64,000 bases of DNA. Origin: Eledone cirrhosa (lineage: Eukaryota). The stretch is from contig OZ024748.1 in NCBI GenBank assembly GCA_964016885.1, positions 3,100,001 through 3,164,000 of the forward strand. Reading direction: 5' to 3'. Positions 24,725 to 38,334 of this stretch are shown here, in pieces. Every line of letters begins with the position of its first letter. The stretch's first letter is position 1. The notes beneath the pieces are model-generated. The model was not told the origin of the DNA, made no database searches, and saw only the letters and a program-made list of their open reading frames with translations. A program made the translations under genes and the position numbers.

Positions 24725-25502
24725 CCTTTTAGCATTTAAAGCAGCCGTATCTGGCCAGAATTCTCTCAACTCTTTCTGTTCAAACCAGTCATAACTGGCC
24801 ACTCATATTGACATTAAGGTATTGTTCTCAAAATAAATTATATCATCCTCAAAATCTCATAGATTTCATGTTATGTGAGATAAATTGTTGACCATGAAAA
24901 TATAATGTTAAAGGGTTAAGGTTTGTTCAATGCCAACTTCACAATTGTTTCTACATTTGGCACAAAGCTGGCAATTTCAAGGTGAGGGGAAAGTCAATTA
25001 AATCAACCCCAGTGCATTACTGGTACATTATTTTGTCGACCCTACCCTTCATGGATGCAAGGCAAAGCTAACCTCGGTGGGATTTGAACTCGGAACATAA
25101 AGGGCTGTAACTATATGACATAAAGCATATTGTCTGATTTTCTACCGATTCTACTCCCAATCCACCACCTTTACTTGATATTATTTATTTTGAGAACAAT
25201 ACCTTAACATCAGTATGAGTGGCTGGTTACAGCTCGTTTGGCTAGAAAGGTGAGAGAATTCTGGCCAGGTATGACTGGTTTAACCCTTTAACATTTACAT
25301 TACTCTATATATACTATTGTATTTTCATGGTAAACACTTTACCTCACGTAATTATCTCACGTAATATCGAATCTGAGATTTTGATATTATTTATTTTGAG
25401 AATAATACCTTAACATCACTATGAGTAGCTGATTATGGCCAGTTTAAACAGAAAGAGGTGAGAGAATTCTGGCCGGATACAACCAGTTTAAATGCTAAAG
25501 GG
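24725..25502. mobile_element. TTAA MITE copies (24725-24915, partial ~25170-25280, 25284-25502) around a minus-strand tRNA-SINE (~24945-25165)
   Basis: TTAA-flanked ccctttaacatt/aatgctaaaggg termini and the reverse-complement SINE core. Confidence 0.75.
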
Positions 25503-25659
25503 TTAAATATTAAAAGGTTAAAAACTTTCTGTAAGAACCATTGGTTAAATTATGTTTCAATCTGCAGCTTAATAACGAGTTCATTAGTTAAATTATGTTT
25601 CAATCTCCAGCTTAATAACGAGTTCATTACTTATATTATGTTTCAATCTCCAGCTTAAT

Positions 25660-26308
25660 AATATAATAATAATGAAATTATTGTGTAAAGTGCTCAGGTG
25701 CACTACAACTCGTCAATATAGTACATAGAATAATACACAAATGTCAGAGAAGTACATGTTTGTATGTGTTAGCTGTAGTGTTGGCGGATCTCGGGAAGCA
25801 TGGAGGCCTTAAAGGATGCAGTGTCTCGACAGCTAACAACTGATGCAGGTAGTTTGTTCCATGCTTCAGCAACTCTGAGCGTGAAAAAATGTTTCCGAAA
25901 GTCATGGGAACTGTGCTGTTTTCTTACTTTGTGGGCATGTCCACGTGTGTTAGACACATGGAAATCGAAAAGGCACTCAGGGTTGTTGTTGGCAACATGG
26001 TTAACAATTTTGTGGGTGTTTACCAAGTCAGTTGCCAAGCGTCGGAGCTTCAATGAATCCATGCCCAGGGAAGCAAGGTGCTCAGAGTATGGTAGATGCC
26101 TGATGGAGGGTATTCGCTTGGTTGCACGTCTCTGAACAGTTTCCAGGCGGTCAATGTCCTGAGCAAGATAGGGGTTCCAGACTGGTGATGCAAATTCTAA
26201 GTGTGGTCGCACCATAGCTGTATACAGCCTTAAATAGATATCTGGAGAGCGGCTGACAAAGGTCTTGCTGAGTGATGCTAAGACACCCTCGGCCCTCTTG
26301 ACAATTTA
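25660..26308 (-). mobile_element. CR1-type LINE 3' fragment
   Basis: MVRPHLEFASPVWNPY...QRRATKRIP...TRGH...RVAEAWNKLP and an (ATT)n tail at the left end. Near-identical to 28733-29380. Confidence 0.93.
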
Positions 26309-27923
26309 TAATGAGTTCATTAGTTAAATTATGTTTCAATCTCCAGCTTAATAACGAGTTCATTAGTTATATTATGTTTCAATCTCCAGCTTAATAACGA
26401 GTTCATTAGTTAAATTATGTTTCAAGCTCCAGCTTAATAACGAGTTCATTACTTATATTATGTTTCAATCTCCAGCTTAATAACGAGTTCATTAGTTATA
26501 TTATGTTTCAATCTCCAGCTTAATAACGAGTTCATTAGTTATATTATGTTTCAATCTCCAGCTTAATAACGAGTTCATTAGTTAAATTATGTTTCAATCT
26601 CCAGCTTAATAACGAGTTCATTAGTTAAATTATGTTTCAATCTCCAGCTTAATAACGAGTTCATTAGTTAAATTATGTTTCAATCTCCAGCTTAATAACG
26701 AGTTCATTAGTTAAATTATGTTTCAATCTCCAGCTTAATAACGAGTTCATTAGTTAAATTGTTTCAATCTCCAGCTTAATAACGAGTTCATTAGTTAAAT
26801 TATGTTTCAATCTCCAGCTTAATAACGAGTTCATTAGTTAAATTATGTTTCAATCTCCAGCTTAATAACGAGTTCATTAGTTATATTATGTTTCAATCTC
26901 CAGCTTAATAACGAGTTCATTAGTTATATTATGTTTCAATCTCCAGCTTAATGAGTTCATTAGTTAAATTATGTTTCAATCTCCAGCTTAATAACGAGTT
27001 CATTACTTATATTATGTTTCAATCTCCAGCTTAATAACGAGTTCATTAGTTAAATTATGTTTCAATCTCCAGCTTAATAACGAGTTCATTACTTATATTA
27101 TGTTTCAATCTCCAGCTTAATAACGAGTTCATTAGTTAAATTATGTTTCAATCTCCAGCTTAATAACGAGTTCATTACTTATATTATGTTTCAATCTCCA
27201 GCTTAATAACGAGTTCATTAGTTAAATTATGTTTCAATCTCCAGCTTAATAACGAGTTCATTACTTATATTATGTTTCAATCTCCAGCTTAATAATGAAT
27301 TTATTACTTATATTATGTTTCAATCTCCAGCTTAATAACGAGTTCATTACTTATATTATGTTTCAATCTCCAGCTTAATAATGAGTTCATTACTTATATT
27401 ATGTTTCAATCTCCAGCTTAATAACGAGTTCATTACTTATATTATGTTTCAATCTCCAGCTTAATAACGAGTTCATTACTTATATTATGTCTCAATCTCC
27501 AGCTTAATAACGAGTTCATTTCTTATATTATGTTTCAATCTCCAGCTTAATAATGAGTTCATTACTTATATTATGTTTCAATCTCCAGCTTAATAACGAG
27601 TTCATTAGTTAAATTATGTTTCAATCTCCAGCTTAATAACGAGTTCATTAGTTAAATTATGTTTCAATCTCCAGCTTAATAACGAGTTCATTAGTTAAAT
27701 TATGTTTCAATCTCCAGCTTAATAACGAGTTCATTACTTATATTATGTTTCAATCTCCAGCTTAATAACGAGTTCATTACTTATATTATGTTTCAATCTC
27801 CAGCTTAATAACGAGTTCATTAGTTAAATTATGTTTCAATCTCCAGCTTAATAACGAGTTCATTAGTTAAATTATGTTTCAATCTCCAGCTTAATAACGA
27901 GTTCATTAGTTATATTATATATT

Positions 27924-29385
27924 AGTGGAAAACTGCCAGTGTCATTCCTCTGTTCAAAAAGGGTGACCGCACATCACCTGTGAACTATCGTCCAGTCAGT
28001 CTTACTAGTTGCATCGCCAAACTGATGGAATCCTGTGTCAGAGAAACACTTTGGAACTTCTGGAGCTCTCACAGTCTTATCCGGCCCTCGCAATTTGGAT
28101 TTATCCCCAACTCCAGCTGCTGTGATCAACTTATAGAGTTTCTTGAGGACATCACCTGGATCACTGATGGCGGCTCATGGGTGGATGTTGTTTACCTTGA
28201 CTTTGCGAAGGCCTTCAATTCTGTGCCACACAAAAGGCTTATGGAAAAACTCTCTGCAATGGGTGTGAAGGATGATCTTTTTAACTGGTTGAAGTCCTTC
28301 ATTCTCAGTCGAAGAGAGGTAGTCACGGTTCTGGGACAGCATTCCTCACCATATGAGATGTCATCTGGTGTACCTCAGGGATCTGTTCTTGGCCCCCTTT
28401 TGTTTGTGGCATATATTAATGACATAGATGCCAACTTAAAGAATGCCACAGTACTAAAGTACGCAGACGACATCAAGCTGTACCTTGAGATAAAAAGGAC
28501 AGATCCTGAACACTATAGATCTTGCTTGCAGTCTGATCTGGACACAATGCAACAGTGGATCTCAGACTGGCAACTCAAGCTAGCTGTGGACAAGTGCACC
28601 ACCATGCATTTTGGGAGTAAAAACCCAGCGTCCACATACTCCCTCCACAGCACTAATATCAAGAAGTCTTCCTGTGAACGTGACCTGGGCATTACGGTCA
28701 GCAGCGATTTGCGTTGGACGAGGCACGTCTCTTAAATTGTCAAGAGGGCCGAGGGTGTCTTAGCATCACCCAGCAAGACCTTTGTCAGCCGCTCTCCAGA
28801 TATCTATTTAAGGCTGTATACAGCTATGGTGCGACCACACTTAGAATTTGCATCACCAGTCTGGAACCCCTATCTTGCTCAGGACATTGACCGCCTGGAA
28901 ACTGTTCAGAGACGTGCAACCAAGCGAATACCCTCCATCAGGCATCTACCATACTCTGAGCGCCTTGCTTCCCTGGGCATGGATTCATTGAAGCTCTGAC
29001 GCCTGGCAACTGACTAGGTAAACACCCACAAAATTGTTAACCATGTTGCCAACAACAACCCTGAGTACCTTTTCGATTTCCATGTGTCTAACACACGTGG
29101 ACATGCCCACAAAGTAAGAAAACAGCACAGTTCCCATGACTTTCGGAAACATTTTTTCACGCTCAGAGTTGCTGAAGCATGGAACAAACTACCTGCATCA
29201 GTTGTTAGCTGTCGAGACACTGCATCCTTTAAGGCCTCCATGCTTCCCGAGATCCGCCAACAGAACAGCTAACACATACACACATGTACTTCCCTGACAT
29301 TTGTGTATTATTCTATGTACTATATTGACGATATGTAGTGCAACTGAGCACTTTACACAATAATTTCATTCATTATTATTATTAT
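27924..29385 (+). mobile_element. CR1-type LINE, 5'-truncated, RT domain to tail
   Basis: NYRPVSLTS, YLDFAKAFNSVPH, SGVPQGSVLGPLLF, YADDIK and RDLGI. In-frame stops at 28733 and later. (ATT)n tail. Confidence 0.95.
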
Positions 29386-29969
29386 GTTTCAATCTCCAGC
29401 TTAATAACGAGTTCATTAGTTATATTATGTTTCAATCTCCAGCTTAATAACGAGTTCATTACTTATATTATGTTTCAATCTCCAGCTTAATAACGAGTTC
29501 ATTACTTATATTATGTTTCAATCTCCAGCTTAATAACGAGTTCATTACTTATATTATGTTTCAATCTCCAGCTTAATAACGAGTTCATTAGTTAAATTAT
29601 GTTTCAATCTCCAGCTTAATAACGAGTTAATTAGTTATATTATTAGTTCCTGGTTATTTTCTAAGTTATTCAACTAGTCTTAGGAAGTGTTTGTCATTAT
29701 AAATATAGTAATGAAGGGGGTTAATTACAGTCAGATTTTATTATCTGTCTAAACCTTGCAAGCAGGGAAAGATAGATGACTATGATGATGATGATGGTGA
29801 TCTAAAGAAAGAATGATGTAAAAAGATTTATTTTTTGTTGGTTTTTATTTTACGCCTTTACCCAGTGGGAAGATCAGGGTCCATAATACATCCAAATATA
29901 ACACAAACAGCCTCAAAATAAATATTAAAAACACACAACGACCCTTTGATGAATGAAAGGAAGACTTAC

Positions 29970-29995
29970 CTGTAAATCTGAGAAAGTTTTTTCAT
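29970..29995 (-). CDS. GAL3ST: First coding exon of the GAL3ST-like gene (MKKLSQIYR)
   Basis: Minus strand aaacATGAAAAAACTTTCTCAGATTTACAG|gtaagt. This phase-2 donor joins the 24199 acceptor in frame (AG|A CAC CAA TGG), giving about 391 aa. Confidence 0.7.
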
Positions 29996-30639
29996 GTTTG
30001 GTTTTGGTGTTAAAAAAATCCCCCCAAAATCCAAAGGAGTAATAGTAATAAAAAAAAACAAGGATAAAACAATACTACAAGGTATCTTTAGCCAGTGTTG
30101 TCTCCTGTAGCCTAAGGTTGACCAATCTCCAATGTCTTGAGGAATGAGGGAATTTAATAGATGAAATTTGTAGAAGCCTGTCGTATATGTATGTGTGTGT
30201 CTGTGTGATGTATATATATGTGCATTTATATGTACATATGTGTTTATATGTATGTGTATATATCTGTGTGTATATGTATGTGTATATATCTGTGTATATA
30301 TCAGTGTATATGTATGTGTGTATATATATGTTCAGTTACTGATAGTTCACCAGTGTAAAAACTCAAGGCTTACTAGATAGATGTAGCTACTGATGTAGGA
30401 ATTGTCTCTGTGGCATCGCCAGCCTTGGTGTCCATATGTATGTGAGTATGTATGTATATATGTGTGTATGTATGTATGTATGTATATATGTATATATACA
30501 CTAGCAGGAACTAGCTGTTGAAACGGCAAGAGCTCAGCCGTCGAGGTCCCGACTCTTTATAATGTAACCATACTCTACTTCTCCAAGTATCGAGTACTCT
30601 GTTAAGTAATGGTCTAACCAGTTTCAAACTAAAGCCACC

Positions 30640-30894
30640 CTGATATATATATATAGTAGGTATATATATATGTATGTATATTATATTATATTGTATATAT
30701 ATATATGCATGTATATTATATTATATTATATTATATTATATTATATTATATATATATATATGCATGTATATTATATTATATATATATATATGCATGTATA
30801 TTATATTATATATATATATATGCATGTATATTATATCATATATATATATATATATGCATGTATATTATATTATATATATATATATGTATATTAT

Positions 30895-30937
<43 letters not shown>

Positions 30938-30995
30938 ATATGTATATATAGTAGGTATATATAGTAAGTATATATATATATATATATATATATAT
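30640..30995. repeat. TA-rich microsatellite with a ~30-bp unit
   Basis: tgcatgtatattatattata(ta)n recurs. Confidence 0.85.
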
Positions 30996-31619
30996 GTCTG
31001 CAGAGTATAAGGGCCGATATATCAACTAAATCCTTTCAAACCAGTAAAGGACAAAAAAAAAAAAAGAAAGATTCTAGGAGATTTGTTTGTTTTTGATTTT
31101 TGTTGATATTTTTTCTACCTTATTTCTTCTTCTTTTTCTTCTTTTTTTGTAACTTTCTTTCTTTTTTTGTTTGATTTACTCCAAGTACATTCTGTGCCTT
31201 AGCAGGATTACTATTGTTAAGTCTGCAATTATAAATTACAATACCTCAGTACTTTCCTATGGCTTTTATTGAATTCTAAATGAATATCCTATTGGCCATA
31301 TTGATTTTTTGGAGGTGGTGGGTGGGGTTGCTTTTAAAAACTTTTTCTTGTTTGTTTTGGGGTTTTGGTTTTTTTTTTTATAGTTGCTGCCACTCTCACC
31401 TCATCCCCCTCCAACACCACCACCCTTTCCCCCCTACTTCCTCCACCATCCTCCCCCACCGTCACCACCACCTTTTCTCATTTGTATTCTCTGTTCAATC
31501 CAGCCTTCTCTCTCTCTCTCATTTTATCCCTCTCTCTCACTCTCTCCCTATCTTTCTGTCTCTCTCTCACTTTTTCCTTCTCTTTCTCCTCTCCCCCCTC
31601 TCTCTCTTTCTTGTTGTTG

Positions 31620-34600
31620 GTGGTAGTGGTATGGTGACAGTGTCGGTGGTGGTAGTGACATGGTGACAGTGACATGGTGACAGTGTCGGTGGTGGTAGTG
31701 ACATGGTGACAGTGTCGGTGGTGGTAGTGGTATGGTGACAGTGTCGGTGGTGGTAGCGACATGGTGACAGTGTCGGTGGTGGTAGTGGTATGGTGACAGT
31801 GTCGGTGGTGGTAGTGACATGGTGACAGTGTCGGTGGTGGTAGTGACATGGTGACAGTGTCGGTGGTGGTAGTGACATGGTGACAGTGTCGGTGGTGGTA
31901 GTGACATGGTGACAGTGTCGGTGGTGGTAGTGACATGGTGACAGTGTCGGTGGTGGTAGTGGTATGGTGACAGTGTCGGTGGTGACAGTGACATGGTGAC
32001 AGTGTCGGTGGTGGTAGTGACATGGTGACAGTGTCGGTGGTGGTAGTGACATGGTGACAGTGTCGGTGGTGGTAGTGGTATGGTGACAGTGTCGGTGGTG
32101 ACAGTGACATGGTGACAGTGTCGGTGGTGGTAGTGACATGGTGACAGTGTCGGTGGTGGTAGTGACATGGTGACAGTGTCGGTGGTGGTAGTGGTATGGT
32201 GACAGTGTCGGTGGTGGTAGTGGTATGGTGACAGTGTCGGTGGTGGTAGTGACATGGTGACAGTGTCGGTGGTGGTAGCGACATGGTGACAGTGTCGGTG
32301 GTGGTAGTGGTATGGTGACAGTGTCGGTGGTGACAGTGACATGGTGACAGTGTCGGTGGTGGTAGTGACATGGTGACAGTGTCGGTGGTGGTAGTGGTAT
32401 GGTGACAGTGTCGGTGGTGGTAGTGGTATGGTGACAGTGTCGGTGGTGGTAGTGACATGGTGACAGTGTCGGTGGTGGTAGTGACATGGTGACAGTGTCG
32501 GTGGTGGTAGTGACATGGTGACAGTGTCGGTGGTGGTAGTGACATGGTGACAGTGTCGGTGGTGGTAGTGGTATGGTGACAGTGTCGGTGGTGGTAGTGA
32601 CATGGTGACAGTGTCGGTGGTGGTAGTGACATGGTGACAGTGTCGGTGGTGGTAGTGGCATGGTGACAGTGTCGGTGGTGGTAGTGGTATGGTGACAGTG
32701 TCGGTGGTGGTAGTGACATGGTGACAGTGTCGGTGGTGGTAGTGGTATGGTGACAGTGTCGGTGGTGGTAGTGGTATGGTGACAGTGTCGGTGGTGGTAG
32801 TGGTATGGTGACAGTGTCGGTGGTGGTAGTGACATGGTGACAGTGTCGGTGGTGGTAGTGGTATGGTGACAGTGTCGGTGGTGGTAGTGGTATGGTGACA
32901 GTGTCGGTGGTGGTAGTGACATGGTGACAGTGTCGGTGGTGGTAGTGGTATGGTGACAGTGTCGGTGGTGGTAGTGGTATGGTGACAGTGTCGGTGGTGG
33001 TAGTGACATGGTGACAGTGTCGGTGGTGGTAGTGACATGGTGACAGTGTCGGTGGTGGTAGTGACATGGTGACAGTGTCGGTGGTGACAGTGACATGGTG
33101 ACAGTGTCGGTGGTGGTAGTGGTATGGTGACAGTGTCGGTGGTGGTAGTGGTATGGTGACAGTGTCGGTGGTGGTAGTGGTATGGTGACAGTGTCGGTGG
33201 TGGTAGTGACATGGTGACAGTGTCGGTGGTGGTAGTGGTATGGTGACAGTGTCGGTGGTGGTAGTGGTATGGTGACAGTGTCGGTGGTGGTAGTGACATG
33301 GTGACAGTGTCGGTGGTAGTAGTGGTATGGTGACAGTGTCGGTGGTGGTAGTGGTATGGTGACAGTGTCGGTGGTGGTAGCGACATGGTGACAGTGGTGG
33401 TAGTGGCATGGTGACAGTGTCGGTGGTGGTAGTGGCATGGTGACACTGTCGGTGGTGGTAGTGGTATGGTGACAGTGTCGGTGGTGGTAGTGGCATGGTG
33501 ACAGTGTCGGTGGTGGTAGTGACATGGTGACAGTGTCGGTGGTGGTAGTGACATGGTGACAGTGTCGGTGGTGGTAGTGGTATGGTGACAGTGTCGGTGG
33601 TGGTAGTGGTATGGTGACAGTGTCGGTGGTGGTAGCGACATGGTGACAGTGGTGGTAGTGGCATGGTGACAGTGTCGGTGGTGGTAGTGGCATGGTGACA
33701 GTGTCGGTGGTGGTAGTGGTATGGTGACAGTGTCGGTGGTGGTAGTGGCATGGTGACAGTGTCGGTGGTGGTAGTGACATGGTGACAGTGTCGGTGGTGG
33801 TAATGACATGGTGACAGTGTCGGTGGTGGTAGTGGTATGGTGACAGTGTCGGTGGTGGTAGTGGTATGGTGACAGTGTCGGTGGTGGTAGCGACATGGTG
33901 ACAGTGGTGGTAGTGGCATGGTGACAGTGTCGGTGGTGGTAGTGGCATGGTGACACTGTCGGTGGTGGTAGTGGTATGGTGACAGTGTCGGTGGTGGTAG
34001 TGGCATGGTGACAGTGTCGGTGGTGGTAGTGACATGGTGACAGTGTCGGTGGTGGTAGTGACATGGTGACAGTGTCGGTGGTGGTAGTGGTATGGTGACA
34101 GTGTCGGTGGTGGTAGTGGTATGGTGACAGTGTCGGTGGTGGTAGCGACATGGTGACAGTGGTGGTAGTGGCATGGTGACAGTGTCGGTGGTGGTAGTGG
34201 CATGGTGACAGTGTCGGTGGTGGTAGTGGTATGGTGACAGTGTCGGTGGTGGTAGTGGCATGGTGACAGTGTCGGTGGTGGTAGTGACATGGTGACAGTG
34301 TCGGTGGTGGTAATGACATGGTGACAGTGTCGGTGGTGGTAGTGGTATGGTGACAGTGTCGGTGGTGGTAGTGGTATGGTGACAGTGTCGGTGGTGGTAG
34401 TGGCATGGTGACAGTGTCGGTGGTGGTAGTGACATGGTGACAGTGTCGGTGGTGGTAGTGGCATGGTGACAGTGTCGGTGGTGGTAGTGACATGGTGACA
34501 GTGTCGGTGGTGGTAGTGACATGGTGACAGTGTCGGTGGTGGTAGTGACATGGTGACAGTGTCGGTGGTGGTAGTGACATGGTGACAGTGTCGGTGGTGG

Positions 34601-36555
34601 TAGTGGCATGGTGACAGTGTCGGTGGTGGTAGTGGCATGGTGACAGTGTCGGTGGTGGTAGTGGCATGGTGACAGTGTCGGTGGTGGTAGTGGCATGGTG
34701 ACAGTGTCGGTGGTGGTAGTGGCATGGTGACAGTGTCGGTGGTGGTAGTGACATGGTGACAGTGTCGGTGGTGGTAGTGACATGGTGACAGTGTCGGTGG
34801 TGGTAGTGGCATGGTGACAGTGTCGGTGGTGGTAGTGGCATGGTGACAGTGTCGGTGGTGGTAGTGGTATGGTGACAGTGTCGGTGGTGGTAGTGGCATG
34901 GTGACAGTGTCGGTGGTGGTAGTGACATGGTGACAGTGTCGGTGGTGGTAGTGACATGGTGACAGTGTCGGTGGTGGTAGTGACATGGTGACAGTGTCGG
35001 TGGTGGTAGTGACATGGTGACAGTGTCGGTGGTGGTAGTGACATGGTGACAGTGTCGGTGGTGGTAGTGGTATGGTGACAGTGTCGGTAGTGGTATGGTG
35101 ACAGTGTCGGTGGTGGTAGTGACATGGTGACAGTGTCGGTGGTGGTAGTGACATGGTGACAGTGTCGGTGGTGGTAGTGGTATGGTGACAGTGTCGGTGG
35201 TGGTAGTGGTATGGTGACAGTGTCGGTGGTGGTAGTGGTATGGTGACAGTGTCGGTGGTGGTAGTGACATGGTGACAGTGTCGGTGGTGGTAGTGACATG
35301 GTGACAGTGTCGGTGGTGGTAGTGGCATGGTGACAGTGTCGGTGGTGGTAGTGGCATGGTGACAGTGTCGGTGGTGGTAGTGGTATGGTGACAGTGTCGG
35401 TGGTGGTAGTGGTATGGTGACAGTGTCGGTGGTGGTAGTGGTATGGTGACAGTGTCGGTGGTGGTAGTGACATGGTGACAGTGTCGGTGGTGGTAGTGGT
35501 ATGGTGACAGTGTCGGTGGTGGTAGTGGCATGGTGACAGTGTCGGTGGTGGTAGTGACATGGTGACAGTGTCGGTGGTGGTAGTGGTATGGTGACAGTGT
35601 CGGTGGTGGTAGTGACATGGTGACAGTGTCGGTGGTGGTAGTGGTATGGTGACAGTGTCGGTGGTGGTAGTGGCATGGTGACAGTGTCGGTGGTGGTAGT
35701 GGTATGGTGACAGTGTCGGTGGTGGTAGTGACATGGTGACAGTGTCGGTGGTGGTAGTGGTATGGTGACAGTGTCGGTGGTGGTAGTGGCATGGTGACAG
35801 TGTCGGTGGTGGTTGTGGCATGGTGACAGTGTCGGTGGTGGTAGTGACATGGTGACAGTGTCGGTGGTGGTAGTGACATGGTGACAGTGTCGGTGGTGGT
35901 AGTGGTATGGTGACAGTGTCGGTGGTGGTAGTGGCATGGTGACAGTGTCGGTGGTGGTAGTGACATGGTGACAGTGTCGGTGGTGGTAGTGGTATGGTGA
36001 CAGTGTCGGTGGTGGTAGTGACATGGTGACAGTGTCGGTGGTGGTAGTGGTATGGTGACAGTGTCGGTGGTGGTAGTGGCATGGTGACAGTGTCGGTGGT
36101 GGTAGTGACATGGTGACAGTGTCGGTGGTGGTAGTGGTATGGTGACAGTGTCGGTGGTGGTAGTGACATGGTGACAGTGTCGGTGGTGGTAGTGGTATGG
36201 TGACAGTGTCGGTGGTGGTAGTGGTATGGTGACAGTGTCGGTGGTGGTAGTGGTTTGGTGACAGTGTCGGTGGTGGTAGTGGTATGGTGACAGTGTCGGT
36301 GGTGGTAGTGGTATGGTGACAGTGTCGGTGGTGGTAGTGGTATGGTGACAGTGTCGGTGGTGGTAGTGGTATGGTGACAGTGTCGGTGGTGGTAGTGGTT
36401 TGGTGACAGTGTCGGTGGTGGTAGTGGTATGGTGACAGTGTCGGTGGTGGTAGTGGTATGGTGACAGTGTCGGTGGTGGTAGTGGTATGGTGACAGTGTC
36501 GGTGGTGGTAGTGGTATGGTGACAGTGTCGGTGGTGGTAGTGGTATGGTGACAGT
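31620..36555. repeat. 29-bp GT-rich minisatellite, about 170 copies
   Basis: Unit ggtgacagtgtcggtggtggtagtg(ac/gt/gc)at. Confidence 0.98.
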
Positions 36556-37577
36556 TAGTGCTGTTGTTGTATATAAATCAAAGTTTCAAACATTGATTTT
36601 CTATAAAGATGATTCGATCACATCCATTGCAGTCGTCTGTTAATTTCTATCTTTTTCATTGTCATCTAAAATATACACACCTGCTTTTATGTGTGTGTGT
36701 GTGTGTGTATACATATGTGTACTTGTGTCTGTGCAGGTATGTGTGTGGTCATGTATATATGTGTATGGAGAGGTGTGTGCATGTGCATGTGTGTGTGTAC
36801 ATACGTGTGTGTGGAGAGAGGTGTGTATGCATCGTCATATATATATATATATATATATATGCATGTATATCATCATCATCATCGTTTAACGTCTATCTTC
36901 CATGCTAGCATGGGTTAGATGGGAATTGTCCCACCTGAGGCAAGGTTGGTCGGGTGACCGTGACTCGCTCATATAGGACTATATGGCAGGTTTTTTACGG
37001 CTGGATGCCCTTCTTAACATCATGTATATATATATGTGTGTGTGTGTGTGTGCATGGTGCATGTATATACGTGTGTGTGTGTAGAGAAGTGTGTGCATGT
37101 ATGTATATGTATATATAGGGGGGGGGCATGTATATGTGCGTACATGTGTATGTATGTGTGTGGGCATGTAAAATGAAGAAAACGTTGGAAGTCAACAAAA
37201 GAAAAAACCCTCAAAAAAGCAACTTTTCACCGAACCTTGGCGGGTGATTTTCTATGAATTCCCCCTCCCCCTCCCAAATCGAATAAATGTTAACGGCTAG
37301 AATCCCTTCGATGTTTACGTCAACTAGATGGAAATCAATAATTATATTATGCTGATGTTTCGACTAAGTTTAATAAGCTAGCAGACAGAGAGTACGTAAC
37401 TTTTTTAAAAAAACTTTCCTTTGAGAGTTATTTCCCCTGCAATGTGGAACACATTTTAAAATAATTTCCTCCAGAGATCGAGAGAGAGAGAGGGGGGGGG
37501 GTGAACAGTAGTGGACTGGTACTTTATTATATCGACTTCGAAAGGATGAAGGGAAAGTTGACATCGGCGAAATTTGA

Positions 37578-37727
37578 ACAGACAGATAGAGCTAGAACAA
37601 ATGACAGATAGCTAGAACAACAGACAGATAGCTAGAACAACAGACAGATAGCTAGAACAAATGACAGATAGCTAGAACAAATGACAGATAGCTAGAACAA
37701 ATGACAGATAGCTAGAACAAATGACAA
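37578..37727. repeat. ~20-bp tandem repeat at the end of a minus-strand SINE fragment
   Basis: gacagatagctagaacaaat repeated 7 times. Confidence 0.85.
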
Positions 37728-38334
37728 ATCTATTTGATATGTGAGATTAGAGACGAAATGAGAAGGCCATTGTGTGGTCGCCAAACTTGCTAGAAATAGC
37801 AACTATCAAATTATGTCAATCGAATTGCACTATATATATATATGTATGTATGTATATATGATATTGGGAATGAATCGAAGTTGCAACTGCAATATAACAG
37901 ATACTAATCGAATTGTAAGATACTTTATATATATATATATATATAAAGCTTTCCTGATGGTTTCTTTCGAATGAAACAGTTCTTGTCCTGTAGAAGCAAT
38001 TTCGATATTAAATTTTATGCTTACACTCTACTAATGTATTGAGTACCTTACTTACTGTGGTTACCCTCGATTAAACCCTTAACTCATATATATATATATA
38101 TATATATATAACTAGCTGCAGTACCCGGTACTACCCGGGAAAGGTGGGGTTATTCGCAGTTCCCAGAGTGCGCCTGAAAATGCTAGCAACCCTGGGTGCC
38201 CATACTGGATTTTCAATAGAACCTTTGCTAGGTGTGTTTATGGCTGATCAATTTTTGTGTGGAACTATCAATAGCTGTTTAAGTCATAAATCTTTCTTCC
38301 ATCCAGCTTCATTCAGGTGATAAAAGCTGACTTT

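Larger units (their letters stand above)
25543..29645. repeat. 43-bp satellite array interrupted by two CR1 insertions (blocks 25543-25660, 26308-27920, 29380-29645)
   Basis: Unit aatctccagcttaataacgagttcattagttaaattatgtttc. About 37 copies in the central block. Confidence 0.97.

Noticed and set aside
26308-27920. Regular 43-bp repeats suggesting a CRISPR array
   Set aside because: Head-to-tail monomers with no unique spacers, no cas genes, and a eukaryotic context.
618-29995. Functional link between TMPPE and a galactose-modifying neighbour (human TMPPE lies within GLB1)
   Set aside because: GAL3ST is unrelated to GLB1, and adjacency alone is not evidence.
31478-36169. ~1500-aa His/Thr/Pro-rich ORFs resembling mucin or metal-binding proteins
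   Set aside because: The 29-bp unit is not a multiple of 3, and all three minus frames give the same cyclic peptide. No signal peptide or splice support.
37946-38000. Hammerhead-like ctgatgg...gaaac...gtc
   Set aside because: The core has G at the conserved A9 position and stem I is out of register. At best a decayed remnant.
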